64,000 nt of DNA from Thainema sp. (GCA_052168235.1 JBQLZK010000019.1:33955-97954); one strand, 5' to 3'. Shown: positions 8,512 through 18,834, counted from the stretch's first letter. A program made the numbers and translations. The notes: generated by a model not told the origin, from the sequence alone.

Positions 8512-10287
8512 CTAATTTGCAGACTTAGGAATAATCGGTAATACCACATAAGAAGGGCTAACTGCCGTGTGGTGAACCGTCTGAGTGGCGGAAACGGGAT
8601 TGGCTTCAGTGGGAATGTACCGTCCCGTATTGGGATTGCGATCGAAACGGGGATAGCTGCTGCTGGAGACTTCTAAGCGGATTTGATGACCTTGGAAGAA
8701 GACCTGACTAGTCGGCCAAAGATTAATCGTGATTTTTGTGGGTTGATCGCTATTTTGAGGATAATTGCGGCGTAAGATGCCCTCAGAAACGTTATAAGCA
8801 CTGCCGTCAGGATACACATCAACCAGCTTAGCCGTGAAGTCGGTATTCGGTGCTGTGGTTGAAACTTGCAGGGTAAGCTGCACTGGCCCTGTGACTTCGA
8901 CATCCTGCTCCAGCGGTGGTGTCGTGTAAACTAAAACGTCATCGCGCGCTTCCACTGCATTTTGCGGTTGAATCCCCGCGTTTGGCCCCAACATGGCACC
9001 CCCTGCGCTGGGCACTGGGTTATTGGGATCATAGACAAAGCGATCGCTAGATTCATCTTTAACAGGAAGCTCTAGGCTGAGGCTACCGTCTCCATTAAGC
9101 GTATTGGCCTGCCCGTTACTGTGCAGATAGTACCGAGTGTATTCCGTGCGAGCCAGCGGCCATTCCGTTTCATCACGCCAGGTATTTAAACCCATCACGT
9201 AAATGCGAACAGGTGCAGGATAAGCGGTTTGAGGCGAGTCTTTCAGATGCTGCTCAAACCAGGGCAAGCTAGAACCAATGCTTTCGAGCCGATAGTTGCG
9301 GGGTTCAGTGCCGTCTGGAAACGTGACGGTATTGGCATGAACCCAAGGGCCGATAATCAGACGAGATGCTTGTGCCACTTCTGATTCAGCATTAGCCTGA
9401 ATCTGCTGAAAGTCAGCAATCTGGGTGGGCAAAAACGGATCGTACCAGCCCGCCATTAAAAGTGCTGGAGCCTTCAGCTCATCGGCTTCTATCCGATCTA
9501 CCGACCGCCAATAATTACTCGCTTCGGTTTCGCTCGCCCAGGTATTGAAAAATGAAATATCGCGTACGGCCCGATCATCTGCCTCCAGCAGCGGCCAGCC
9601 CTGATATCCTTGCTGTAGCTGCTCTTGAGGTAGGGGGATATCCTGCTTGCCGTAGCTGAGCGTCGCCCAATACAGCGCACTTTCCAGCGAAAACGCGCCA
9701 CCGGGATAAAACATGCGGTAAAAGTCGGTGCTGCAAATTTGTAGAATCAGCGCCGACAGCCCCGGATCAACCTGATCGGCCAAGATCCACTGGGTATAGC
9801 CAAAATAGGAACCGCCCCACATGCCAATTTTGCCGTTATACCAGGACTGCTGAGCAATCCAATCCAGCGTTGCTAAACCATCCTGAGTTTCGTTCAAGAA
9901 CGGTGGATCATAGCTGCCGCCCGATTCATAGCGCCCGCGCGTGCCCTGAATGACGGTCGTATAGCCATGACTGGCCCAGAGATGACCAATCGTGCGGGCA
10001 AATAGAACGTGCTTGATTTTCTTTGAGTAGGGAATTCGCACCAAAATTGTCGGCGTTGGTTCAGTCGTGCGGGGATGGTAGATATCGGCCACTAGCGCTG
10101 TATTATCAGGCGCTTTCACGGTTACATGTCGCTCTAACCGTACACCGTAGATAGCGGGTTCATAGCCGAGTTGACGCCCAAGCCAGAAAACTGCGATCGC
10201 ACTTCCATTTGCTATAACTAAAACAACGATGCAGGTCAGTACTGCCAGCACCAGCCACAGCCATTGTTTACGTAGGAAACGAATCAT
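8512..10287 (-). CDS. CocE/NonD family serine hydrolase with N-terminal membrane anchor
   Basis: RIPY, RGRYESGG, nucleophile GGSYFG, GWYD, IIGPWVH, PepX-type C domain. The ATG at 10287 overlaps the upstream stop (ATGA). Confidence 0.9.
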   Translation of the reverse strand: MIRFLRKQWLWLVLAVLTCIVVLVIANGSAIAVFWLGRQLGYEPAIYGVRLERHVTVKAPDNTALVADIYHPRTTEPTPTILVRIPYSKKIKHVLFARTIGHLWASHGYTTVIQGTRGRYESGGSYDPPFLNETQDGLATLDWIAQQSWYNGKIGMWGGSYFGYTQWILADQVDPGLSALILQICSTDFYRMFYPGGAFSLESALYWATLSYGKQDIPLPQEQLQQGYQGWPLLEADDRAVRDISFFNTWASETEASNYWRSVDRIEADELKAPALLMAGWYDPFLPTQIADFQQIQANAESEVAQASRLIIGPWVHANTVTFPDGTEPRNYRLESIGSSLPWFEQHLKDSPQTAYPAPVRIYVMGLNTWRDETEWPLARTEYTRYYLHSNGQANTLNGDGSLSLELPVKDESSDRFVYDPNNPVPSAGGAMLGPNAGIQPQNAVEARDDVLVYTTPPLEQDVEVTGPVQLTLQVSTTAPNTDFTAKLVDVYPDGSAYNVSEGILRRNYPQNSDQPTKITINLWPTSQVFFQGHQIRLEVSSSSYPRFDRNPNTGRYIPTEANPVSATQTVHHTAVSPSYVVLPIIPKSAN

Positions 10288-10754
10288 GGCTGTCTCCGAG
10301 TACGATAACCCCAGCCCCACAGCCAAAGGTAAGTGGCAAGGACAAAGTGAAACACAATCGGGATTGTTCCTTCGCCCAGCCAGCGGCGTTCTGGATAGAC
10401 GGTCATGGTGGCAACGTAGCGCACTGCCATTGCAGTCGCATATAAATAGCTAAAGTACTGTAGCCCTTTACCAATCAGCGGTTTTGGCTGTTGAAAGAAG
10501 CCTGACTGCTGGGCAAAGTCGATATTGATTTTGATTTGCAGGCAGAGAATGATAATTTGAGTCGGTAACAAAATTGGATAAGGTAGCAAACCCGAATACC
10601 AGTGGGGCATCGGCGGCAAAAAGGGAACCTGCCAAACCACAACGAGAATTTGCCCTAGCACCCGCAGAAAAAACAGCAGCGTCAAGCCCCACAGCCAGCA
10701 GAGCGGATGGCGAGTCGGCATTAACGATGCTAGTAACTTAGCAGGATGGGGCAT
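10284..10754 (-). CDS. Small integral membrane protein, function unknown
   Basis: About 4 hydrophobic segments, WYSGLLPYPILL motif; overlaps both neighbouring genes. Confidence 0.75.
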   Translation of the reverse strand: MPHPAKLLASLMPTRHPLCWLWGLTLLFFLRVLGQILVVVWQVPFLPPMPHWYSGLLPYPILLPTQIIILCLQIKINIDFAQQSGFFQQPKPLIGKGLQYFSYLYATAMAVRYVATMTVYPERRWLGEGTIPIVFHFVLATYLWLWGWGYRTRRQP

Positions 10755-12411
10755 GGGGTATAGGATTCTTAGTCATGAGATAGGTTTGCAGGATCGCTGA
10801 AATATCCTCAGAAAGCGGCTCTGGGCATAGCACCGACCATTTGTACTGCACATCACGTTTACCCTGAGCAATGGCCTGCCGTTTGATAGCTTCGGCCCAG
10901 CCCGGACGCATCCAGTGTAAGCAAGGTGGCTGTAACCGCTGTGAAGCCCGCTTTTGAGCATACTCAGCATTGACTTGAGCTAGAGTCTGATCGAGCACTG
11001 ATAAGACCCGATCTGGATCAGTGATAGAAGCATCCTGGGTCAACTCTAGGTGAAGCTCGTAGCGCATGGCGGTGGGGTTTGCCACTAGGCGATAGGCAAT
11101 GATCGCTAAGTTTAGCTGATGCTGAAGAGTTGCGATCGCAGTTAGCACATGATTGACATGTAGCTTTTCACCCGTAAGGTTGCTCATGTCTCGTCCCTTG
11201 CGTAGGAAGGCAATCACAGGCGATTGATGGTAACGACCTGTGACTTCGACAATGTCATTGATGTGATAGCGATAGAGGCCACCGGGAGTGGTGAGTAAGA
11301 TTTGATAGCGCTGACCAATTTCTAATTCATGGCTCAGCAGAATCGATGGATCAGCTTGTTCTGCTTCGGCTTCAGGAACGAACTCATAGAAGTTGGTGTT
11401 GAGATCGAGCAAACCGCCAGCCGTATTATCCTGATAGGGAATCGTTACTCGCGCTTCGCTGGCCAAGTAGCCCAAATCGCGAGTCGGTAACGCACCATAA
11501 TCAGCGGTTAGCTGCCGAGCTTGCGCCCCCACAGAGCCACCCGTCCAGCAGCCAAGCAGTTGCAGATGTGGCCAACAATCTTTTGGTTTGAGTCCACCTG
11601 TTGCGTCAACAATTCGTTCAAGCTGTCGTGCCCGCTGAGGATTCGCTACGAGGTTGAACTGGGTTGCAGCAGGCAGACATTCGCCCATCGTACCGTCATG
11701 AATAGCGCGAATCAGCGACTCGCTGTGCTGACTCATGACCCGCGCTAAGCGGTTCAGCGTGCTGGGATTGGGCGTACAGAGAAATGAAACGACCCTGGCT
11801 AGGGCAAACCGAGCAATGGCCCAGTAGCGAGCGTCGTAATCTGTAATCTCGAACACTTCGTAGGGCACAGCATAGTGACGACGAATCAGCGGCGGAATCT
11901 GCTGATAGATGCGGCCAGACAAGCTACCGTAGGGAATGCCGCCGTCCGTATAGCCTTCAACCGCAGGACTAACAACACCAACGATGCCGCCGTTCAAAAA
12001 ACGAGGGTAGTTGCGCCAAATTCGGTAGAGCCACTGACGCATCAGGGCTGAGCCGCTTTGCTCGACACTGGGCGTGACGGGGATGTATTTGGCCTGCCCC
12101 GTCGTGCCGCTAGTCATCGTGAACATGCCTACAGATTCGCGCACCAGAATATCTGGCTCACCTGCCATCATCTGCTGCACATAGGGCCGAAAGCCTTCGT
12201 AGTCTCGAATCGGGACGGCCTGCCGATAGTCAGCCGGAGTACGAATTTGATCAAACCGATGCTCCCGACCAAACCGGGTTTTCGCATGTCGCTGGAGTAG
12301 CTGCCGCAACACCTGCTGCTGTGCGATCGCAGGATACTGAGTCGCCTTTTCCAACTGCTGCATCAGCGGATAGCCTTGCCAACGCAGCGCAGTCGTCATC
12401 AACCAGGACAT
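10738..12411 (-). CDS. GH3 family acyl-adenylate/amide synthetase
   Basis: FTMTSGTTGQAKYIP, GYLASE, FYEF, GGLYRYHINDIV, GEKL. True start is probably MSWLM at 12411, which has a GGAGG RBS. Confidence 0.9.
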   Translation of the reverse strand: MSWLMTTALRWQGYPLMQQLEKATQYPAIAQQQVLRQLLQRHAKTRFGREHRFDQIRTPADYRQAVPIRDYEGFRPYVQQMMAGEPDILVRESVGMFTMTSGTTGQAKYIPVTPSVEQSGSALMRQWLYRIWRNYPRFLNGGIVGVVSPAVEGYTDGGIPYGSLSGRIYQQIPPLIRRHYAVPYEVFEITDYDARYWAIARFALARVVSFLCTPNPSTLNRLARVMSQHSESLIRAIHDGTMGECLPAATQFNLVANPQRARQLERIVDATGGLKPKDCWPHLQLLGCWTGGSVGAQARQLTADYGALPTRDLGYLASEARVTIPYQDNTAGGLLDLNTNFYEFVPEAEAEQADPSILLSHELEIGQRYQILLTTPGGLYRYHINDIVEVTGRYHQSPVIAFLRKGRDMSNLTGEKLHVNHVLTAIATLQHQLNLAIIAYRLVANPTAMRYELHLELTQDASITDPDRVLSVLDQTLAQVNAEYAQKRASQRLQPPCLHWMRPGWAEAIKRQAIAQGKRDVQYKWSVLCPEPLSEDISAILQTYLMTKNPIPHAPSC

Positions 12412-12425
12412 CAGCTCAACCTCCC

Positions 12426-13601
12426 TCACACTGCGGGAACGGACAGCGCAGTTGGTAGAGAAATAATCTGGTGAGCATATTTCTCTAGCAGCGCGTCCTG
12501 AATTTCGACTCCTAATCCTGCACCCCGTAATCCTTTCGCTAATCCCCGATGCCCAAAGTGAATTGGTTGGCGGCTGATATCCTGACTCAGCAGCAGCGAA
12601 CCGTATGATCCCTCTGTGAACACAACGTCCGGTAAGTACGCTGATAAGAATCGTCCAGCGGCTGAAAGAATGGCTGTTTCGCCCACCTGGCAGCCAACCT
12701 GAATTTTTATGCCATTCGCCTGAGCCAAATCTGCGATCGCAATTGTCTGAGCCAGCCCGCCACACTTAGACAGCCGCAGATTAAAAAACTGACAGGCTTT
12801 AGCATCGATTAACGCCTGAGCATCAGCCAAAGTAATCAGCGATTCATCAGCCATCTGGGGAATAGGAGACTCAGCCTGTACGATTGCCAGTTCTGCCACA
12901 TCGCCACGGGCAATCATCTGTTCAGCGCTATCGATGGCGTATTGCGCTAGGGTTTGGCAAGTTGCGATCGCAGTTTCGACGGTATAAGCTCCATTGCCGT
13001 CAATTCGCAGCGAAACATCCGGCCCAACCACGTCACGAATGGCCGCAATCCGATCCTGATCGGCTTCACCTGTCACTTTGACCTTGATATGAGGTAGGCC
13101 AAACTGCTTGTATCGCTTAGCATGTTTAACGGCACCTTCAACACTGCTGGCGGTAATCACACCGCTGTAGGTTACGGTTGACCGCTGAGGCGGTAAAAGC
13201 TCTGCCAGAGATACGCCCTGACTCTTGAGCAAACAGTCTACTAAAGCTAGCTCAAACCCGCAGCAAGCTGCATTCCAGGCAACTACAGTATCAGTTGCAC
13301 CAGTTGGTAACGTGGCGGCAATTTGATTCAACCAGTCGAATGCTTTTTCGCCTGACCACGGGGCATAATCTGTCTTTCGTACCGCAGGCCAGAGTGCCCC
13401 AACCATGTAGCGTAAACAAGTCTCAACCGTCTCTCCTGTCACATAGGGACGCGCCACAGCTTCACCGTAGCCAACTGTTCCGTCGTCAGCCTGCAAACAG
13501 ACTACGATTGAGTCGGAATAGGTGCGCGACTTGATGCTGTGGGCAAAGGCTTCCACAAACGGGATTCGCAAGGCAAACAGGGTGGCTTCAACGATTTGCA
13601 T
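12426..13601 (-). CDS. Enolase superfamily enzyme (muconate-lactonizing/dipeptide epimerase subgroup)
   Basis: GYGE, KVK, RIDGNG, EQ, ADES, NLRLSKCGG, GCQVGET. Confidence 0.88.
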   Translation of the reverse strand: MQIVEATLFALRIPFVEAFAHSIKSRTYSDSIVVCLQADDGTVGYGEAVARPYVTGETVETCLRYMVGALWPAVRKTDYAPWSGEKAFDWLNQIAATLPTGATDTVVAWNAACCGFELALVDCLLKSQGVSLAELLPPQRSTVTYSGVITASSVEGAVKHAKRYKQFGLPHIKVKVTGEADQDRIAAIRDVVGPDVSLRIDGNGAYTVETAIATCQTLAQYAIDSAEQMIARGDVAELAIVQAESPIPQMADESLITLADAQALIDAKACQFFNLRLSKCGGLAQTIAIADLAQANGIKIQVGCQVGETAILSAAGRFLSAYLPDVVFTEGSYGSLLLSQDISRQPIHFGHRGLAKGLRGAGLGVEIQDALLEKYAHQIISLPTALSVPAV

Positions 13602-13657
13602 AGTGACCTTACATGGTGAGACATGGCTGTATGAAGGATCTCGGAGGTTGATTTTTC

Positions 13658-13733
13658 GTAGGTTGGGTTGAGCAACGCGAAACCCAACGTTTTCGGAGCT
13701 TGTTGGGTTGAGTGATAACGAAACCCAACCTAC
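13658..13733. repeat. GTAG-type REP doublet
   Basis: GTAGGTTGGGTT...AACCCAAC-spacer-GTTGGGTT...AACCCAACCTAC. A half-copy remains near 27951-27962. Confidence 0.7.
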
Positions 13734-13737
13734 AAAA

Positions 13738-14448
13738 TTAGAGCATGTGTGTTGCTTGGGCTAGAGCGAGTTCACCAAAGTAATGCTTAATAAAGACATT
13801 CTCGCGGAAGGTAATATCTAGAATCGTTTCTAGCTCATCGGCTTCAAATTCGTAGTAATCAACATACTGCTCGACGCTGTCCAGCCCTTCTTCGGCGTGG
13901 CGAATGTCTACTTCCGAATGGTGATAGAACCAGGCTAAACTCTCGGAATCCAATTTTCGATGGCGTTCTAGAGCTGTACCAAGGCGACTAGCGAGCCGCG
14001 ACAGCATCCACTCAAAGCAAGTTACTTCCAGCAGCACTGAAAGACCCAATTCGCGAATCGTGCCAAACAGTAGCGGGTCAGTACAAAGCGTGTAAATCTC
14101 AGCCTGAGCGGCTTGAGCTAGCTCAGCTTGTTTTGCAGCATCAAATCCAGCGGCCTTTGCGAGCTGATGTAGCAAATCGGGATGACAAATTTCTGCCTCA
14201 TCCAGACCCATCTCTTCCATCAGATTGTGCTTAATTTGCGGCGCAGCAGCAGGCGGCGCAACCGAGTAGAGAAAGGCTAGAATCTGCGGGCTTTTCAGGT
14301 GAGTCTGACAAAGTCTAAACAAAAACTCATCGTATGCCGCGCGGGATGCCTGCCCCTGTTCAATCTGCTGAAACAGGCTCGACTGCTCAAATGCCTCAAC
14401 CTGCTGGGCATACTGGTTTTCAATCAGTTGACGAACGGCCAGAGTCAT
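13738..14448 (-). CDS. Heme-oxygenase-like diiron enzyme (iron-containing redox enzyme; TenA/PqqC/CADD-like fold)
   Basis: Ligand pattern NLMEE...HPDLL...LLEVTCFE...WFYHHSEVDIRH. Confidence 0.78.
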   Translation of the reverse strand: MTLAVRQLIENQYAQQVEAFEQSSLFQQIEQGQASRAAYDEFLFRLCQTHLKSPQILAFLYSVAPPAAAPQIKHNLMEEMGLDEAEICHPDLLHQLAKAAGFDAAKQAELAQAAQAEIYTLCTDPLLFGTIRELGLSVLLEVTCFEWMLSRLASRLGTALERHRKLDSESLAWFYHHSEVDIRHAEEGLDSVEQYVDYYEFEADELETILDITFRENVFIKHYFGELALAQATHML

Positions 14449-15006
14449 GAGGAAGGCTCCACTAAGATTGGATCAACCGTGTATCAACCAGATACTATCC
14501 GGTCATCTTGCGGTATTTGAGCCTAGACTGCCCACTTTGCCAACTGAACTATCACGGAACCTCTTCGATGAGGTCAACGTAATAAATACCAAGAAGAACG
14601 GATGCCTAATGCAGAAAGTGGGCAAGCAGCTGATCAACGAGATAATCCGAGGCGATTCTCACTCCCATAACCGCTAGGACAATCATCAGAATGTCAACTT
14701 TGCTGAGGCGACGAGGGCGATTAGGACGTTGTGCTCCATTCAGAGGAAACCTCCGGTTAGGCAAGGTAAAGATTGACGAGCGCTTTACTTGCTCAGTTAT
14801 TCATCGGCTAACTCCAACAAACTCATAACGAACCCGAGCCAAATAAATCATAATCATAATGACTACGACTTAGCAACCTATTTTTTAGTTCTCAGAGGAC
14901 TGCAAAGGCTAAAAGGGCTGTGAGGCTGTATTTGAAATGTGGCCTCAGTCAGGCTTAATATTTCTTTATAATTAGTATTAATCGTTTATTGGATAAGGAA
15001 AAAACC

Positions 15007-15786
15007 GTGCTGAAGAGATTGGGTTTAATCGCAGCGGTCGTATTTGCCGTTGTGATTGCAACCGTAGCTAGAGCAGATATTGCCAGTCAGTCCGTCGTCT
15101 ATCAAATCAACGGACAGCCTTACGAAGGTTACTTCGTCCGCAATACCGGATTTGGTGATTCGCAGCCCGTTGTTATGCTGATTCACGACTGGAATGGCAT
15201 TGATGATTACGAAAAGCGGCGGGCACAAATGTTAGCTGAGCAGGGCTATGCAGCTTTCGCTGTGGATCTCTATGGTCAGGGCAATCGCCCCTCAACCACA
15301 GAAGAGTCGCAAGCAGCTAGCCAAGCGCTTTACGAGGATCGCGAAGCCATGCGATCGCGCTTATTTGCCGGACTGGAACAGGCTCAAATGATGCCCGGTG
15401 TTGATCCAGAGCGAGTCGTGGCAATTGGCTACTGCTTTGGCGGTGCGGCAGCACTAGAATTTGCCCGCGCTGGGGCTGACTTGGATGGCTTTGTCTCCTT
15501 CCACGGTGGCCTAGCTACACCAGAAGGCCAAGACTACAGTCAAGCGACTGGGCCAATTTTGATTCTGCACGGTGCCGATGATCCAGTTGCTCCCATGTCC
15601 GACGTGGCGGCACTCGCCACTCAGCTCAATGAAGCGAGTGTGGACTACAGCATGGAGCTTTATGGTGGCGTGAAGCACTCGTTTACTGTATGGGGCGCGA
15701 ACCGTGAAACGTCTCAGTATGACGCTCAAGCCGATATTAAATCCTGGGATGCGCTGATGAAGTTTTTGGATGAGCAAGTGAGCTAG
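15007..15786 (+). CDS. Dienelactone hydrolase family protein with signal peptide
   Basis: HDWNG, GYCFGG, FHG, HGADDP, HSF. GTG start at 15007 preceded by AAGGA. Confidence 0.9.
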   Translation: MLKRLGLIAAVVFAVVIATVARADIASQSVVYQINGQPYEGYFVRNTGFGDSQPVVMLIHDWNGIDDYEKRRAQMLAEQGYAAFAVDLYGQGNRPSTTEESQAASQALYEDREAMRSRLFAGLEQAQMMPGVDPERVVAIGYCFGGAAALEFARAGADLDGFVSFHGGLATPEGQDYSQATGPILILHGADDPVAPMSDVAALATQLNEASVDYSMELYGGVKHSFTVWGANRETSQYDAQADIKSWDALMKFLDEQVS

Positions 15787-15810
15787 TCGTTCACAGAACA
15801 CAGATAGATT

Positions 15811-15846
15811 AAGAGGGACGCGCTGGGTGCGTCCCTCTTGCTTTTT
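15811..15846 (+). terminator. Intrinsic terminator
   Basis: AAGAGGGACGC-gctgggt-GCGTCCCTCTT followed by a T run. Confidence 0.7.
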
Positions 15847-16170
15847 GTCTGTTTAAGTTAAGCGCGAGTCTTGCTAGCATTAACGCAACGTTGCCAGAAA
15901 CGTGCGATCGCATGTTTCACAGTACCTGTTTGCTCGACGGTTGCAGCCGACAGAGTGTGTCATCGCCGTTGGAGGGCAATGGCTCTGAGGAACAGCCGCT
16001 TCATCCGGAGAGCAAATAGCTCATCGCCTGCATCGATGGCATACTGACAATCGCACAGTTGATGAGCCAGACACACTTGCCACTCGTTGGCCGGATGAGT
16101 CGTCTGGGCACTGAACAGTCGGAAACTCACACCTGAGGCCAATGACCGCTTTTTAAGAAATGCAATTCTG

Positions 16171-18834
16171 CTACCAGCTTGCGGAATAGAGCAAGCGAAT
16201 GGTGCGACCGCGACCCCCAATGTAGTTGCGATCGTCAAAGCCAGAGAGAAACTGCGAGATCACTGGGAAGTACTGGTTATCAAAGAGATTTTCCACGCCG
16301 ACTTGTAAGGTGCCAGGGCCGATATCAACGCTGCTAATGAAATCAACGACAACGTAGTCTTCAATGGTCACGGGATCGACTCCGGCATCAAATGCGCGAT
16401 CGCGCCCGCCGACAAACAGCGCTTGCAATCGGTTCCGCCATCCGGGTAGGGTTTCATTTTCCACATAGGCCGTTAGCTTCAAAGGCTGAATTTCGCCGCT
16501 GTTGAGCGCGATGTAGTCACCATCTTCATCGACATCGTTTTCGCCTTCAATCCAGCTCAAAATACCGCCAACGCCCCAGCGGTCAGTTGGTTGCCAGTCT
16601 AAGGTGGCTTCCAGACCGTAAACTCGCTGCGGAGCACGGACTAGACCCAGCAGCCCGTTCTCATTGGGAACCAAGCTAGCCCCGAGGGATGAGGTATTGA
16701 AAAAGCCGCTCAGGCTCGCCTGCACGGTGGGCCAATCACCCCGGACACCGAGTTCGTATTCGGTCACTTTAATCGGTTCCGTCACCTCTAGATCATCCTC
16801 GACGCTAACGAATCCCGGTGGTGGTAGGCGGAAGATACGGCTAAATTCCGGCACGCTAAAGCTTTGGGCAACGCCACCGAAGAATGAGATGTTATCGGTA
16901 GGACTGTAGACAGCACCAACGTCGAACACCAGGTCATCAAAGGAGCGATTGCCACCTTCAACGGGCTGTTGTCGAGTCACCGAGACATAGTCATCAATAC
17001 TCAAGCTAATATTTTCATAGCGTAGTCCGCCCCGCAGCAGCCATTCTGAGCTAGCTTCCCACTCTAAGCGGGCAAACAGTCCGAGACTGTCGAGCGTGTA
17101 GGGTGGCGTAAAGTTAAACTCCTGCACTTCAGCCAGTCGCCGCTCGGCATCAAAAATATCGCCATCGAACTGGGCGGTAATTTGCTGATTCTCCTGATTC
17201 TCGTAATCTGCTCCCCACAATAGGTTGAGCGTTTCTGATGACGTCAGGGGGGTTTCAATCTGTAATCGACCTCCCCAGCGCTCAGCATCTAAGCGGGACT
17301 GGAACAAAAACGGGAAAAATTCACCCCCCAATCGACCGTCGGCGAATTCACCACGGGCAACAGCATCTTGGTAATAGATCTGTCCCTGTAAGCGGCTCCC
17401 GAACAGGTCTTCATTGGTGTAGCTGAGATTGAGCACCAAGTTGCGATCGCTGGGATTATCTTCGCGCTCTAGTCCTTCGATTTCCAATGCACGGGCAATT
17501 TGGCGGCCCGGAATGAGCAGCGTTCTGGGGTCGGCAACAAAGTCTGTTTCGCGCTCCGAGTCAAAGTAGTTGACGGTAAAGTCAAGTCGCTGTGAGTCGG
17601 TCAGGTCATAACCCAGCTTGCCCAAGATGTTGTAAGAGGTGGTGTCGCTCAAACTCGCTTCGGAAACAATTCGGTTTCCTGCCGCATCGAAAAAGCTACC
17701 TGTGTATTCGCGAGAGGCGCTTAGCCGATAATCAAACTGATTGGCTCGACCGGAAATGGCAGCGGACAGGACGTTGCCAAAGCCGTCGTCTTCCAGTTCA
17801 CCCACGGAGCCACTGACGCCCACTTGTGTTTCTAGCGTCACGGGCTGGTTTTCTGGGCGGCGGGTGATGATGTTAATTACCCCACCCGTACTTTGTCCGC
17901 CGAAAATGGCGCTTGGCCCTCGCACCACCTCAATCCGCTCAATCGCCGATGGGTCAATACTGCGTAGCTCCTGGCGATTCACGCGGAAGTTCGTTACCAG
18001 CGGTACACCGTCAATCAGGACAGCAGGCTCGCGTCCACGCAGCGTCTGTCCGCGCGTGGTACGAAGCTGGTTGGGCGGGCCAAAGCCCGGCACCAAGGTG
18101 CCCAGAATGTCGGCCAGATCACGCGAGAGCACCGACTGCTGCTCCAGTTCTTCACGGGTAATCACCGTCACGGAACGGCCCAGATCCTCTTCTTCTTCCT
18201 CCGTGCGGGTGGCGGTGACAACGATACGGATGGGCGCGGCTTCGGTGGTTTCAGGGGATTCAGGAGCTACAGGTATTTCAGCGGGATCAGGGGTTGGGTC
18301 GATGGTTGATGGTGGGTCGGTGGTGTCGGGTTGCGTGGGATCGGCTGGAGATTCGGGAGTAAATTCAATGTCTGGGGGAGGTGTAGTGGAGGGATCAGGC
18401 GCGGGTTCAGATGGTTCTTGGGCGATTGGTTCTGGGGCGCTGACTTGCAGTACCAGTGCTTGCGATCGCGAAATAACACTGGCTGTGGGCACGGCTGCCT
18501 GTCCAGTAATAGTAATCCGGATGCTGTTGGCATCTAAGGATGTGACCTGCAGTGTTTCAACGCCAGCGACGGGATTCTGCTGCTGGAATGACGGCCCATC
18601 AGGAAGCTGAAGCTGAGCATTGATGACATCGACAATCAGGGTTTCACCGTACTGGCTGGTGAACGCCTGAAGCGATTGCTCAGAAGGCGTTTCCAATACA
18701 AGATCAAATCCTTCAGCAGTTGGATTGAGCTGAATATCGGTCACTGCAATCGGATTCGCTTGAGCCGATTGGGCACTGATTAGGGCAACGGCCCCGGCTG
18801 TCCACACCGAGTAAGCCCAGAAAGACTGTTTCAC
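16171..18834 (-). CDS. TonB-dependent siderophore receptor with AMIN domain (IutA-like)
   Basis: Signal peptide, AMIN domain, Pro-rich linker, TonB box IVVTATR, IERIEVVRGPSA..GGVINIITR, ENLFD, C-terminal W. Confidence 0.93.
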   Translation of the reverse strand: MKQSFWAYSVWTAGAVALISAQSAQANPIAVTDIQLNPTAEGFDLVLETPSEQSLQAFTSQYGETLIVDVINAQLQLPDGPSFQQQNPVAGVETLQVTSLDANSIRITITGQAAVPTASVISRSQALVLQVSAPEPIAQEPSEPAPDPSTTPPPDIEFTPESPADPTQPDTTDPPSTIDPTPDPAEIPVAPESPETTEAAPIRIVVTATRTEEEEEDLGRSVTVITREELEQQSVLSRDLADILGTLVPGFGPPNQLRTTRGQTLRGREPAVLIDGVPLVTNFRVNRQELRSIDPSAIERIEVVRGPSAIFGGQSTGGVINIITRRPENQPVTLETQVGVSGSVGELEDDGFGNVLSAAISGRANQFDYRLSASREYTGSFFDAAGNRIVSEASLSDTTSYNILGKLGYDLTDSQRLDFTVNYFDSERETDFVADPRTLLIPGRQIARALEIEGLEREDNPSDRNLVLNLSYTNEDLFGSRLQGQIYYQDAVARGEFADGRLGGEFFPFLFQSRLDAERWGGRLQIETPLTSSETLNLLWGADYENQENQQITAQFDGDIFDAERRLAEVQEFNFTPPYTLDSLGLFARLEWEASSEWLLRGGLRYENISLSIDDYVSVTRQQPVEGGNRSFDDLVFDVGAVYSPTDNISFFGGVAQSFSVPEFSRIFRLPPPGFVSVEDDLEVTEPIKVTEYELGVRGDWPTVQASLSGFFNTSSLGASLVPNENGLLGLVRAPQRVYGLEATLDWQPTDRWGVGGILSWIEGENDVDEDGDYIALNSGEIQPLKLTAYVENETLPGWRNRLQALFVGGRDRAFDAGVDPVTIEDYVVVDFISSVDIGPGTLQVGVENLFDNQYFPVISQFLSGFDDRNYIGGRGRTIRLLYSASW

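Noticed and set aside
12412..12765. N-terminal 118 aa of the 675-aa GH3 ORF
   Set aside because: It overlaps the enolase gene in another frame; an ATG with a GGAGG RBS at 12411 is the better start.
16055..16130. Hammerhead-like GATGAG...GAAAC words
   Set aside because: The CUGANGA core and supporting stems are absent.
17741..18610. 289-aa plus-strand ORF
   Set aside because: Antisense shadow of the TonB receptor, with low-complexity composition.
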